Notes: generated from the sequence alone by a model not told the origin. 63,410 nt of DNA, filler included, from Choristocarpus tenellus KU-1152 (GCA_964200185.2; 11 parts of 11 records of this genome joined end to end with filler, not necessarily neighbours in it), one strand, 5' to 3'; counted from the whole stretch's first letter, positions 1-13,031 are shown. Translations and numbers: made by a program.

Positions 1-149
1 ATGCTCTTTGCGTGTGGAGCATGAAGGTAAGGAAGTGTAAGGGCTAGATGAAGCAGAACCTCCCTTGAACGTTTGAACTGACGGCCAACGAAGAGAAAGA
101 GAAGAGGACTCATATTTTTCGGCCAAGGCACCAGAGTCGCTTCATCGCC

Positions 150-2290
150 ATGAACGATCAGCCACTTAAGGTGAGACTTTCTTTTATCCCAGCCTTTCGC
201 ATCTTGCTCTACCTACCTTCGCATCGTGGATATCAATTTCGTCCTTCTTCTTCGACCTTTGACCTTGTTGTCATCCTCAGAGAAGGTGTGTTCTTTTACC
301 ACGTCCTCTTTGATATCACAGTGGTCCATTGCCTCATTAACCATCCCTCAACCTTAACCTTCCAACGGAAGACCGTGTACAGTGACCACTTCAAGGAAAT
401 GATACGTGCCTTGAACAACAGAGTAACCATACCCGATCGTTGTCGGCCCCTTGATACTCTGAGGAAGGTCAAGGAAGATCTGCAGATCAAGGTCACCAAG
501 ACGTGCCGATTAGGATGTGTCCATCACATATCACTCTCTCGCCGTGTCCTGCATCGATGGTGCGTTCGAGATTACCTCTCTCTTTTTCTGGACTGCATCA
601 AGAGCTCAAGCTGAACGACAGAAGCAGTATTGCTGAAAACCTGGTAGAAATGTTCGATTTATTGCAAGGGTAAAGGGGTGTGTGAGAGACTGTGAGCCAT
701 CAATGGTGAAGATGAGTCGGTTAGTGAAGGAAGATCATTGCATCATGACCCATCATTGCATAGATCACTGTTTGGAGTGTGTGGCGGGTATTGTCTTCAA
801 TGGTGAGGAGCTGAAGGAAGCCATGACATCAGGCCTTGGACAGCAGTTGGTGCCTATTCCAAGTCCAGTCAGCGCAACGAGCGCTTAGAGAAGGTGCGTA
901 GAATTTTGAGAATCGAGACAAAGAGGGCAATGCTGGATGTGCCGATTCATTGGTGGTTCACATATTCGATTGTGGACCTCTTTTGAACCTGCCATCATTG
1001 TTCAAGAGAACATTGATAGTAATCCAGAAAGCATATCGATATTTGAGCGGGAGGTAAGTACTTGGTATGGGAACGTGACACAGAAAGGGACAGTTCTTGT
1101 AGGAGGACTGATGTGTGGAAGTTACCTCTCACATGTGAAGCCTTCTACAAAGATACGACAACTAGTGAATAACTTTCATACTTTATATATCGGCATCTAT
1201 GACAAACATCATGTTCCTTCTTTCAATTTTTTTGTGGTGTTAAGGGGCCACCAGCTAGCAATTATGTTGTTGCATTTGCTGTTTTTAGCTGCTTCTGTGT
1301 CTTTTAGCCCTCTAATCTTCTCATCTTTAACCTTTCTTCCCCATCTCCCATCTTGCCTCGTTTTTCTTTGTTCATTTGCTGTATTCAGGTGATGAGCCTG
1401 GTAAAGAAGTTTCTGGAGCCCATCATGGGAGGACAGATGACTCTCGAGAGTGACGTATGTGTGACAGTGTCTCTGGTCATCCCTGTCATCTATGGTGTAT
1501 GAGTGGAGCTGGAGAACGCAGTGCAAGCCTGCAGCACCTTCGAAGCTACTGCCCCTGAACAGGTGGGATACAAAAATGCTGTACACCAATGTGCAGGTGT
1601 GATGATGACTGATATCACAAACCGTTTTGGTAAATGAACGAAGGAGTATTTTCTAGTACTTTGAGGGTGAGAATAGGCAGCCAAGAGGAATTACATTGAA
1701 GCAGGCCCTGGCTACTTGTGTAGACCCCAGAACCAAAATTCTTTGTGGCATTCCAGAGAATGAGCCTGAGGATATTTGAATTCAAGTGATTTTGGAAATA
1801 TTGAACATTGTGGAGGAGCATGGAGCGCAGGAGGCAGAGAGTAGTCCTGGAGTGGAACCAAGCCCACCTACATGTACTACCCATATTGAGGGTGGGCAGT
1901 CCTCCCAGAAAAGACACAAGGGGTTTGTAATAGAGCCCTTGCAAGTGAGTGGGGAGGGGTTCAGGTGGTGGTGGTCGGATATTGGAGTACCTGGAGGAGG
2001 CAGCATGGGTAGAGGTAGATGTGTTAAAGGCAACAGGAGGGTTCTCCAAAATTGATGTGGACGGTAAAGCTTACAATAACCCACTCAAGTGGTGTTGAGA
2101 AAGGAGCTCCAAATTTCGGTTCCTGGTCAAATTTTCTCGACAGAGTTTGGCCATTCCAGGTAAACAGCAGACCCGCAACACATGTTCTCAACGGCTAGGA
2201 ATATTGTGACTTCCAAACGGAATAGGCTGGACCCAGAAAATATGAACCTTGTTCTTGTGTTCCTTCAAAAAAACAACTGGATGAAGGTGG
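150..2290 (+). mobile_element. Degenerate hAT-superfamily transposase (stops and frameshifts)
   Basis: hAT motifs occur in order across frames: HCIDHCLECV (CxxH, ~755), LDVPIHWWFTYSIV (DVxTRWxST-like, ~935), ATCVDPRTK (LDPR motif, ~1710), NPLKW...LAIPG (~2080-2160), and the dimerisation segment MFSTARNIVTSKRNRLDPENMNLVLVFL (2182-2265). Confidence 0.85.
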
Positions 2291-2796
2291 GGATGCATGG
2301 GACGCTGCAAAGAAAGGCGACCGAAACAATACCCCCTGAACACGGTAGTAGCATTATGCAGCCACAACATACACAAACTGGTGATTGATGTAACAATTAT
2401 ATAATTTGATATACATCATTCCTTATTCCATAAAGTTCCTATTGACAAGTCGTCAGTCCATTCTTTGTTCAACACATCAAAAAACATTTAGGTGAAAAAT
2501 CTCTCTCGCAAAATACATCGAAGTGTCTAGTGGTGGGAAAGAGCATACAAATGAAGATAACCTAACACAAAAAATTGACCCCGATGGAGCCCCTCATCCT
2601 TCAGGGGGGCTGTTTGCTTGATGATGCTCTGTGTGTATGGTTCAGTTATAATTGAGTAAAAGAAAGAAAAATTCCAGCCGATACAACTTCCACTCAACGC
2701 TATAATATATTGATTTGCTTTGCTCACAAATTCTGGATTATTTTTTGTTTGCATTCCATGCATTCTACTCTCCCCCATTGTATAACACCACTTGTG

Positions 2797-2953
2797 ACCA
2801 ACCAGTGCAAACCCCTTCGCTACTGATTTCCAGTCACCAACCGCATCTGATGGCCAAGCAGTACGGCCCCTTAGCCACTGATTTCCAGTCACCAACCAAA
2901 TCTGATGACCAACCAGTGTGACCCCTTAGCCACTGATTTCCAGTCACCACCCC
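2797..2953 (+). repeat. Subterminal ~55-bp tandem array (~3 units, core CCACTGATTTCCAGTCACCAACC)
   Basis: Units are directly visible. Confidence 0.85.
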
Positions 2954-3844
2954 TTTCTCCTTAGCCCCACTCACTCCACACCATTTTCCACTGCCCCACA
3001 CCATTCACCACCACTCAACCCCACACCACTTACCCCACTTCACCACACCATTCCACACCACTCAACCCCACTCCACAATCAGCCAAGAACATCCCTTCAT
3101 CATCCACTTCATAGCATGCCTTTGAACTAGAGGGTTTTACCTCACCCAAACTTGACCTCACTGTTCCCCAGCATCCAAGTTGGGTCATGAGCAATCGAAA
3201 GGGTGGGTGGGTGGGAGAGATTGCTCAGAGTTGCCTTGTTCTAGCCGTACTTTTCCTGTCCTGCCAACCTTAGGTTTCTTGATGTTCTGACCCATCATCT
3301 CCTACCTCATGTCTCCACCTACCACTCATTTTTTTTTTAACTTCTCCCTCCTCTTCTGTCTCCTAGCGACTCAGTCCTTAACTCTTCGTCCATTCCACCC
3401 ATATTTTTCTTTTATCCCATCCGTCTGTTCCCCACGTGTCACTCCTAACGTAATTCTCCCGCCTGCAAAACACAGATTACTTCATAAACTTCCCCTTTTG
3501 CATGAGAGTGAGGGGCCAATACTAAGAATACTGTCATTTGTATTAAGCCTAGCGATCAGCACAGACAGCTGTAAACACTACACATAAGGTACATATTTTA
3601 TGCAGTTTATGTAGAATAGAAATGTAACAGAGGGAGATAGTACTGGAATGATAGTTTTATTCCTCCTTTTTACACACTCTTAGCAGTGGAACGCTTGGGG
3701 AATCTTCGCACACAGTCAGAGCAACTTCTTGACGTTGATATAAACAAGGAAATCTACTCACATCTCAGAAAACCTCTTTAAAAAGTGATAGTTTTTTTAA
3801 GTATGAAAGATATTAACCTATTCGCTATTTTTCTACCAGGTACG

Positions 3845-4010
3845 CTGCACCACTGCCTTTCTGTGCCTCCAACCTAGCTTAGTCCTGTACCCCAGCGCGA
3901 GGAACTAGGGAAGCATCCCAATAATCTAACAACCCCCTCCTTGCTCATCTCCCTGGTGTCTCCAGCTTAAAACGCATGACACGTCTAGATAGGGCTACTT
4001 CCGTTGTGAC
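3845..4010 (-). mobile_element. 3' fragment of an RLE-type non-LTR retrotransposon (second, shorter copy at ~4435-4540)
   Basis: Reverse complement matches 55590-55750 (...KLETPGRWARRGLLDSWDASLAP...). Confidence 0.7.
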
Positions 4011-5476
4011 TGAGAACGTAATATTGTACAATCAAACGGACTAGTGTGCTACTATTATTCTAGTGTTGTATGAGAATTATAGTGAGTAGTTGAGTAGTCG
4101 AGAAGAATATTTTTTGTCGTTTCTGTAGTGATAAATTGGTGGGGAGAACTTCCCTGAATTTTGTTCTACATCTCACAACTCACATACACTCAAAAAGACT
4201 TCACTACTATAAATTGAAGTACTACAATTATATATAATACTCCTTACATAAATCCACAAAAGGTTTGATACGACTTCCAATCTCTCTTCAATTTGTTTAG
4301 AATTATGCCTCTTAATATTTTCGACATGTGTTGGGAACAACCAATGGACAGTATTCGTATGTCAGAAAATCCCCCAAAAAGTAACAGTCGTCAAAAAAGT
4401 GAAAAACATTTACTATTTACTGCCACCTATTATCCTGTACCACTGCCTTCGTCTCCTCCAACCTAGGTTAGTCCTGCACCCCATCGAAAGGAGCTAGGGA
4501 AGCACCCCAACAATCTAACAAGCTCCTCCTTGCCCATTTCAAACTCTTCAGCTTGCCATTTAGATCTGTGAGAATGTCATCATCCATCAAGCCAAATATT
4601 CTCCCACAATGTGATAATTGGTTCACTGTACCACCACAGTTTAAATCCACCATAAAGGAGGAGGGTGGACTGGACAGGGTGGGACAAACCTGAAATAAGT
4701 AGTATGGTGGAGATATGGAAGAACGATGTGGAGAAGGCTTGCTTGATAATGAAACGTCTGGAGGCAAGTTCACGCCAGATGGAGTACTGTTTTGCTTGTG
4801 GTGGAAAGGAGGGAGGGATAAGTTCCCAACGAATCCATGAGGATAGGCAGGGCAGTATACCGTTCGCCTACAGTTGACCACTTGGCATCCAAATTAAGTA
4901 TGCGAACAATGCCGTACAAGTGAAAGAGGTGCGAGCCAGTGTGAGATATTGACCCTTGCGACCTGATGGATTACACCAAGTTTGTCGGGTATTTTTGTCG
5001 AGCAATGATTGATCATCCTGGGAAGTTTATCGCCCTTTCCCCCACATTATTGTGTGGTCGAATCGCACACCCCTAACGTACTAATGCCCCTGCCTTCGAT
5101 TTTTATGCCTCAAGATCTTTCGCCAATCTCAAACAGTATGAAAGGATAATGAGGTGGAGGGAAGGAGAGCTGCAGAGAATTGAGAAAGAGCTGTTATGGA
5201 CTCGTATGTCTGCAGTAAGGCAAACTGTCTGGGTATCCATCTCCAGAGTTGGCGACGAAAAAACTCGTGCTGTTGCAGAAGCTACCGAAATGGAGGCAGT
5301 GTCGAAGTCTTCAGTCGTCGCTGCGATGGCCTTCAGCCAGCAGGCGTAGGGATGGGAGGAGGAGGAATGGCGAGATAGGAGAGAGGCGGAGGTTGTAAGG
5401 GCCAGAAGGAAGGCAGAAGAGGCTGAGGAACGTCAGGAGTTGAAAATAAAGAGGCAGGATGAGATTGCTCTCCCTA

Positions 5477-7567
5477 TCTTCTGACCCTTACGGCCTCCTC
5501 CTCTCGCCTATCCCGGCGTTCCTCCTCCCATCCCTGCACCCGCTGGCTGAACTCCTTCATCTCAGCGATGACTGACGACCTCGACACTGCCTCCGCTTCG
5601 GCAGCTTCCGCCATGGCACGAGACTTTTCCGCGCCAACTCTGCAGATAGAGGCGCAGACTGTTTGCCTTATTACCGATCTGCGAGCCCATCGCAGCTCTT
5701 TCTCTAGGCTCTGCACCTCTCCTTCCCTCCACCTTGATGTCCTTTCAGACTGTTTCAGATTGGCGAAACATGTTGACGCATGAAAATCGAAGGCAGGGGC
5801 GTTGGTATGTCAGGGATATGCGATTCGGCCATACTACGATGGGGGGGAAAGGGTGATAAACTTCCCGGGATAGTCAATCATTGCTGGTCAACATTACCCT
5901 ACAAACTTGGTATGATCCATCACCTCGTAAGGGTCAATGTCTCACACTGGCTCGCACTTCTTCCAGTTGTAAGTACATTTCAGCATGCTTAGTTTGGTCG
6001 CTAAGCGTTCGACTGTGGGCGAACGGTATACTGCCCAGCCTATCGTCATGGATTCGTTGGGAACTTATCCCTCCCTTCCAAAAGCAAAACAGTAGTCCAA
6101 CTGCCGTGAATTCGCCTCCTGACGTTTCAGCATCAAGCGAGCCTTATCCACATCGTTCCTCCACACCTCCACCATACTACTTATTTCAGGTTTGTTCTCC
6201 CCTCTCCCATCTACCCTCCTCCTTCACAGGGGATATAAACTGTGGTGGTATGGTGAATATGTCAACATATTGTGGCGATATTTTGTTTCATGATGACATT
6301 ATCACATACCTAAACGACAACCTCAAGAGATTGGAATAGAGCACAGACACATTGCAAGTCATATCAAACCTTATTCTGTGGAAATAGGTAAGGAGTATTA
6401 TATATAGAGTAGTAACACCTCAATTTATAGTAGTAAACAGACAGTCTCTTTGAGTGTCCGTGTGAGTGTGTGTTGAGATGAGAATACCGAACAAAATTCA
6501 GGCAGGGTCTTCGCACCAATTTATGAATGAAATGACAAAAATATCCTTCTTCACTGCTCTACTATAATACTGGTACGACAACACTACAAACACTTGAAGT
6601 AGTTTGTCTGTTTGTTTACACATTGCCAGGTTTATGGTCTGAGAGTTGTTACCTCGCCGTCGCATTCTATTTAAATACTAATGGGGAAGTTTATGAAGTA
6701 ATCTGAGTTTTGAGAATTCTGGTAGGACTGATGTACATGGAACGGAGGGTTGAGTAGGGAAAAAGAAATATCAAAGGGTGGACGAAGAGTTTAGTACTGA
6801 GTGCCTAGGAGCCAGCAGAGGTATGGGAAAAGTTAAAAGAAAAGGGTGGTAGGTGGAAGCATGAGGTAAGAAGGAATGGTTGGAGCGTAAGGAAAACCTG
6901 ACACTGGTGATACAGGACAACTAGGGCTAGATCAAGACAGCCTCTGAGCAATCTCCCACCCGCCCATCCTTTCGATTGCTCTCGACCGACTGGGATGCTG
7001 GGTAAGGGGGAGGAGGTCAAGTTCGGGCGGGGTAGATATCTTCTTGTTCAAAGGCACAACATGAAGTGGATGGTGAAGGGGTTTTCTTGGATGATTGTGG
7101 AGTGGTGTTGGATGGTGTGGGGAAGTGGAAAGTGTCGTGGGGGGGAGTGGGGTTGAAGGGTGAGGTGGTGACTGGAAATCAGTGAAGGTGTTGTACTGTT
7201 TGGTCATCAGATGGGGTTGGTGACTGGAAATCAGTGGCGAAGGGGTCGCACTGGTTGGTCATCGGATGTGGGGGGTGGAAATCAGTCAAGGGTTCGCACT
7301 GGTTGGTCATCAAAGTTGGGGGGTGGCTGGAAATCAGTGGCGAAAGGGGTTTGCACTGGTTGGTCATAGGATGGGGGTATGACTGGAAACAGTGGCAAAG
7401 GGGGTTCACACTGGTTGGTCATCAGAGGTTGGTGGTGACTGGAAATCAGTGGCGGAAGAGGTTCACACTGGTTGGTCACAAGCGGTGGTACAATGGGGAG
7501 GAGGAGAATGGGCGAAGTGCAAACATAGAACAAAAAATAATGATCCAGAATTCGTGAGCAAAGCAAA
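5477..7567 (-). mobile_element. Same unclassified element, right arm (inverted)
   Basis: Homologous translations: LQRIEKELLWTRMSAVRQTV (left) vs VQSLEKELRWARRSVIRQTV (right). Outer ends match (2715-2800 vs 7480-7567). Confidence 0.75.
7165..7480 (-). repeat. Subterminal ~50-57-bp tandem array (~6 units, GGTGACTGGAAATCAGTGG core on + strand)
   Basis: Reverse complement of the 2797-2953 unit, with more copies. Confidence 0.85.
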
Positions 7568-10476
7568 AATGGAAAATGGAGAGACCTGAATCCTATCTCA
7601 TTAATGTTGTCACCTAGATATCTCGCGACTGTGCACTGTATGATCTCTCTACATCTTCCATGCTCTTTTGAAAACATTTATGGAGGTACTAAAGTGGTAC
7701 GAATCAGTTCAGTCTGGCACAACATACACTGACTTTCCAACTGGGGAATTGGGCTCATTTTGCACTCATTACCCCAGCAACCAAAATTCGTTAGCAGTTC
7801 GGGACTGTTTGGATCTCTGTTTGCATTCATTGCTGCTCGCAATGCGAGGATTCCCTTCTCGATGTGCCAGATCGTGGGAGTCATAGGCAATCGTCCTAAA
7901 CTATACTCTACAACCTACTTTCTGCCACTCAAAGCGGACAATGTGGGGGGGGCGTCAATGAAGATCAATGTTATCATATGGGGATAAGTACTCCCCTTTA
8001 TCGCACCCTCCAGCACTTGGGAAAAGTTGATGGTTGGACTTCCAGGATCCACACCCTGATAAACTCAACCCAAGAACCAGAGGTGGGAGTAAACATCTCT
8101 CCTGCTGTTACACCTCGTGCATACAGATTACTCACTATGGATGGATTTAGTTTGTAGCCCAAGAATATGCTAACAACGTTTAGTACATTCAGGAAGTACT
8201 ACGTAGTATTTGTCCAAATATGTACGGCGTACGAATTACGTGGGTGCACGTACTTTTTAGGCTCTACTTTAGTTAAGTGCTTCGTGAAATGTCCATTATA
8301 TACAAATACTTACCTCCATGTAGGAAGTATTTCGACACCTTCTTGTGCATCATAAACTTCCATAGTATATATATATATATATAAAGGGGGCTTGTGGGTT
8401 TGGCAGTTTTTTATGTCATTCGTATTATTCGCATACTTTATCCTATGGCGTGGTACAAAAGGAGTTGAAGGAAAATACATGCAATATACTTTCGCACAAA
8501 TACTTGAGACAAAATACTACAGAAATATTTCAAGACAGTGGAAGAGGAAAAACTCAATTCAATGAAGAATGGCAGCCAAGAAAACCCAGGCACTATGCAC
8601 TAGTACCCAGCAGGTGGGGCAGGACATCAAAAAAGCTGACAGCATCACCTCAATATTTTATCACATCCTATCCGTCCAATTCGAATACTTCAAAGTATAG
8701 TAAAGACCTCGCATCATATATTTTCAAGTATCAAGCACAGAAGGACCCAAGAGGTATCATCTCCGAGGAAATAGACTAATGAGAAATTCAACATTCAGGA
8801 GGCAGAGATGAGTCTATATTTGCGCTGCTCTGCTTCTAAGATAGTATGACTCGAGAAAAAGAGCCTGGTAATAAATAGTACTTTGGAGTAGTATGTAGTG
8901 TTTCAAATTCAAACACATTGACATCGCTGTTGACATTTAGATGTTGTGGAACTATTAATTAGCTGAGCATTATTATTATGTCAAGTTGTTGAGGTACGTA
9001 AAAACCAATAATAACTGCTCCCTTGGTTGCATTAGCTATTATTTTCTGCACATATCCATATATATGTAAGGGGGGCAGTGAACGACTCCAGATGCTCAGG
9101 GGGTGCTGGCACAGTTTTCCACAGGGTCCTAACATCTATTCTATTCTATCTGAAACACCCATCTTACGTAACAAATAGGCCCCGACTAACATCTCACAGC
9201 CATTGCCAGCCTTACCAGCATACCCTTGCTACAATACCTCTCTACAAGTAGTTGTGTATGTTGCAAAAATTGTTATTACTCTAAAATGACTCCATCTTCT
9301 CAGGAAGAATCCAGTGGTCTCAACATTTTTTTTGTGACGTGATTAATCCCCTTCCTTGTGGTTAGCATGTGCACGCACAGCTTAATTTTGTTCACCATGA
9401 TTATTTGTATGTGCGTGTTCGATGTACCAGATATGTGACATCATGTAGTGGTCCCTTGTCGATAACTTATGCACTGGTCTACCGAAATTCTCACAGTCTG
9501 ATGGCGGTGGTGATGCTGCTGGTAAGGTTTTGGATTAGTTTCCGTGCTGTTACAGATTCCATGGAAAAGCAGATTATGGTCTGTAAGAAACCTTACTCCT
9601 ATGTTCCATTACGAAGCATAATGAAACAAGGGGATTGCGTTCTAGGTGCTGAATTAAGCCATAATATTTTCAACTTGATGGAGGTGCTCTAATTGTGGAG
9701 TGTCTACAAATTGTTGATTACTCCACAAATGTCGGTATTGCACAACAGTGGTAAACACTCAAGTATTGGAACAAGATATATCAATGTCATGATACAACAG
9801 CCCTCATGCCCCTTTTTCTCATAATCACAATTCTTGTTAAGCATGTTGAGAGTGTTTGGAAACTCACACTCAACAAGGTACTCAAAAGTTGCTGCTACTG
9901 ACCACTGCAAAATATATTTATATATCTCAAAAGGTGTTTATTACATACGTGGGATATTTACCCAAGTACTCCTGGTTGTAATCAGTAGAAACCTTGAGCA
10001 ATCGGCCCTTAATGAGCTCTTCTCAAAAAACAATCCTGGACAAAAAAAAATTGTTATATCTGTCATCAACTACAATGAAGCAGCCAACTGTGCAATGATA
10101 TTTTACAAGAAACACTGTGATCCTGTACAACTGGATGCACCATCTCCTCAGTCCTCCAACACCTATCTCTCCTGCAGTGTAACACTCAGAAATATGCAAT
10201 TTAACTAGTTATCGATTCTCATACTCCACTACGAACAATGGTGTGGCCACAACCAAGCACACAAAGTAAACGTAGGTACTGTGTTGCAGTGTGCTCTCAC
10301 TTTGGGCAACTTGCCGAAATATTACTACCCAGTTAATCTCAAGTAGCTAACATTCATTCTCCTGTATATATTTTGGTAAGAGCCATCACCCACTTGACCA
10401 CCGGTGGGCACATATGTGGCTTGAGTCAAACCATATTCCTACACTAAGTGGCCATGGGCAGGTAGGTACAAGCTCC

Positions 10477-12499
10477 TCAGAAGGAAAAACCAGTGGGCCG
10501 GCGGCCACTGCCAGATCTCTTCACCTTCCTGTGAAGAGGGGAAGTGGGGTGGTCTCCAAGTTTGTTTGTGTTGGGAGGTTGTTGGGGGGGGAAGTATGGT
10601 GCTCTGTTAATCTTGCAATTATCCTTCCCATATTTTCAGCTGGAAGAACGCTCACATTATGAAAAAACCAGAACAAATCAAGAGTTCTAGGACAAAACAA
10701 AATATCAAATTAACCTGCTGCAGAACGAACAAGCAGCATCTCTTTGAGGACGAACTCCTCGCGATGATGGTGAAGGGTGAATCGGTTGGGGGTGGAATAA
10801 ACACAACAACAGTACACTTCTTCATACAAACTCTCCCGAGGGTTAGAAAAAAAATTGAAGATGGTGCTGCATATGCGCATATCGATCTTATTTCGCTTTT
10901 GTCCTTTACATGTGCGAAAACGCACTGCAGTTGAAAGGATAAAATAAATAAACCAAGTCCTTCCCAAGTAACTCGTATCATATTTTGATATATAAGTTGT
11001 GGTGTATACTACAGCCTACCCAGTATCACATGTGCATATTCATGGAACTTTAATGCTGAATGATCCTCATAGAGCAACTCATCAAACAACCCCTATATTA
11101 CCAATGCATACGGGGTGGATAAGAATCCTAACCATGATACACACAATGATACACACACAAAAAATATCTCGAGAAAGATAATGCAAGCTCCAGTATATCT
11201 TCCCCTATGGGACTGCAGTTTCAGGAAATCAGTACCATAGCAAATATGTTAGAATGTACCAGAGAATGTATATTTACACCAAAGCAAATTGACAACAAAG
11301 GTTGATGATCTCTCTCCCTCTACTCTCTTTGGTGTAGGAGCCCACTGAACCCAGTGCAATACAGATGTCCTACACCATGAAAGCGACAATTCAACCCTAA
11401 CCCAAAAGATCTAAGGCAACAATTAAACCCAACAAAAATGATGCGAAGCATCCTCGTCCCCCGTAAGATTACACACCACAAAATAAGTTATTTCAACACA
11501 AGCAGCAATAATAGAACAACAAAAGCACAAAAATAGAAATCAAAAACCACACACATGTGAGCGCGTGCACGACAGCGAGTCCCCTTGTCTCTCTCACATG
11601 AATTTCCTCAGGGTTATTCCACGAGGGTCTGTTGCCAACACAGACAGTTCCTCCTGACTACGTGGGATGCGTTGCCCCTTGAGCTTACGGGCTCGTAACC
11701 AACGGTGCATGGTGGATGACTCGTTGTACTGTGACAGAACGTGGTGAACATCTTCCTCCGTCTGAAACCGCCGCCACGCCCCCGAAAAACAAGAACAAAG
11801 AGGACATGTTTACACGTTTATGCAGGAACGTGGCGACAGTGGATGTGAACGAGGGGTTTGTCGTTCAGAAGGCGGTAATGTATGGGCATGAAAGAAGACC
11901 GATCTGGTTTAGGTTGTGCACTGTCAGTGTAGTAGTACTTGAAAGCACCGGATTCTTTTGTAACAAACTGTAAACCTCCCCCCCCCCACCGTATTTTTTA
12001 TTTTGTCAGCAGAAACTCGCCATGTTCTTTCCTTGCAATGGCTTCAAACAGTCGCAATTTGAAGCCCTATTCAAAATTCAAATCTGCATGAGGCAAAAAG
12101 TTTTTTTTTTAAACACACACAGGTTACGGGCACAACCTGTTCCTAGGGCAACGGAGAATAAAGCGGTTGAGGGGGGAAAACTTTTGACTGCAAAACAGGT
12201 TCCACTGTAGGTACCTTCCAAAAAAATCGTACTTACAACGAGATATGCAAGTGCGCACACAAGAGCGAGATGTTTCAACTCCCAGAAGCTAAAACAAGAA
12301 CACCTCACACTGGAACTGCAGCACTCACACATTCGGCCTTGGCGGCAACGATCTTCTTGTCTGGGGGCTTGATAAGCTCCGGGTTCTCCCTCTGATTAGG
12401 AGAAAGGGCATCTACAACGGCCTTGATCTTCTTGAGGTTCCCGAGTTCTTCCTTGGGTCTCAACCCAGGAACCTTTGCTGCCCAGCTGTTCAATGGCTC
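10477..12499 (-). CDS. SRP54/Ffh M-domain (signal-peptide-binding)-like protein, 3' three exons: 12499-12329, 11761-11598, 10528-10477; 5' end not in contig
   Basis: Canonical GT/AG sites with matching phases (0, then 2) give EPLNSWAAKVPGLRPKEELGNLKKIKAVVDALSPNQRENPELIKPPDKKIVAAKAEC|TEEDVHHVLSQYNESSTMHRWLRARKLKGQRIPRSQEELSVLATDPRGITLRKFM|KVKRSGSGRRPTGFSF*. The core resembles the M-domain pattern ..AII.SMT..ER.NP.LI...R..RIA.GSG....EV..LL.QF. Confidence 0.75.
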
Positions 12500-13031
12500 C
12501 TGCAGATCAAATCGCACACACACACATACACACACGCACATTGAGGAGCAAACAAAGGACCAGAGGGTGCAGGGGCTAAGGGAGTGCTTGCGACTTTACA
12601 GTTGTATTTTATTATTATTATCATATTATTAATAATGTTTAGCACTGCCTTCTTATCTATCGCAATCGATGTTCTTGCATCTCAGTGGATGAATTATTCG
12701 TTCTGATCAAATCACTCAATTTGGTTGGTGAGGGGCCCTGACAAAAGCTATATATATATATATATATATATTCTAGCAAGGAGGATGTCTTTGGTAATAG
12801 TACACAGAAGAATTTGCTCTTGAAAAATCACCAATACGGACAAATTGTGTAACGATAGCGTACTTTGCTGGTTGATGTGGACCCCTAATTCTTCATTTGC
12901 CACGATGAAGGGAGGAAGTACTTACATGACGGGGGTAGTGTTTACCATACCTGACCAATTGTCAAGCGGTTGGATTTCACGTCTTCATTCACTAAAAAAG
13001 TATCTCAAAACCTACACGAAATTGATTCAAT

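Larger units (their letters stand above)
2715..5410 (+). mobile_element. Unclassified repeat element, left arm of a large inverted duplication; decayed coiled-coil ORF at ~4665-5465
   Basis: Reverse-complement similarity to 5477-7567 in blocks along its length. It contains extra insertions, including LINE 3' fragments. Confidence 0.75.

Noticed and set aside
10714-10760. Possible extra exon in the M-domain gene
   Set aside because: The three-exon model closes in frame without it, and including it would shift the last exon's frame.
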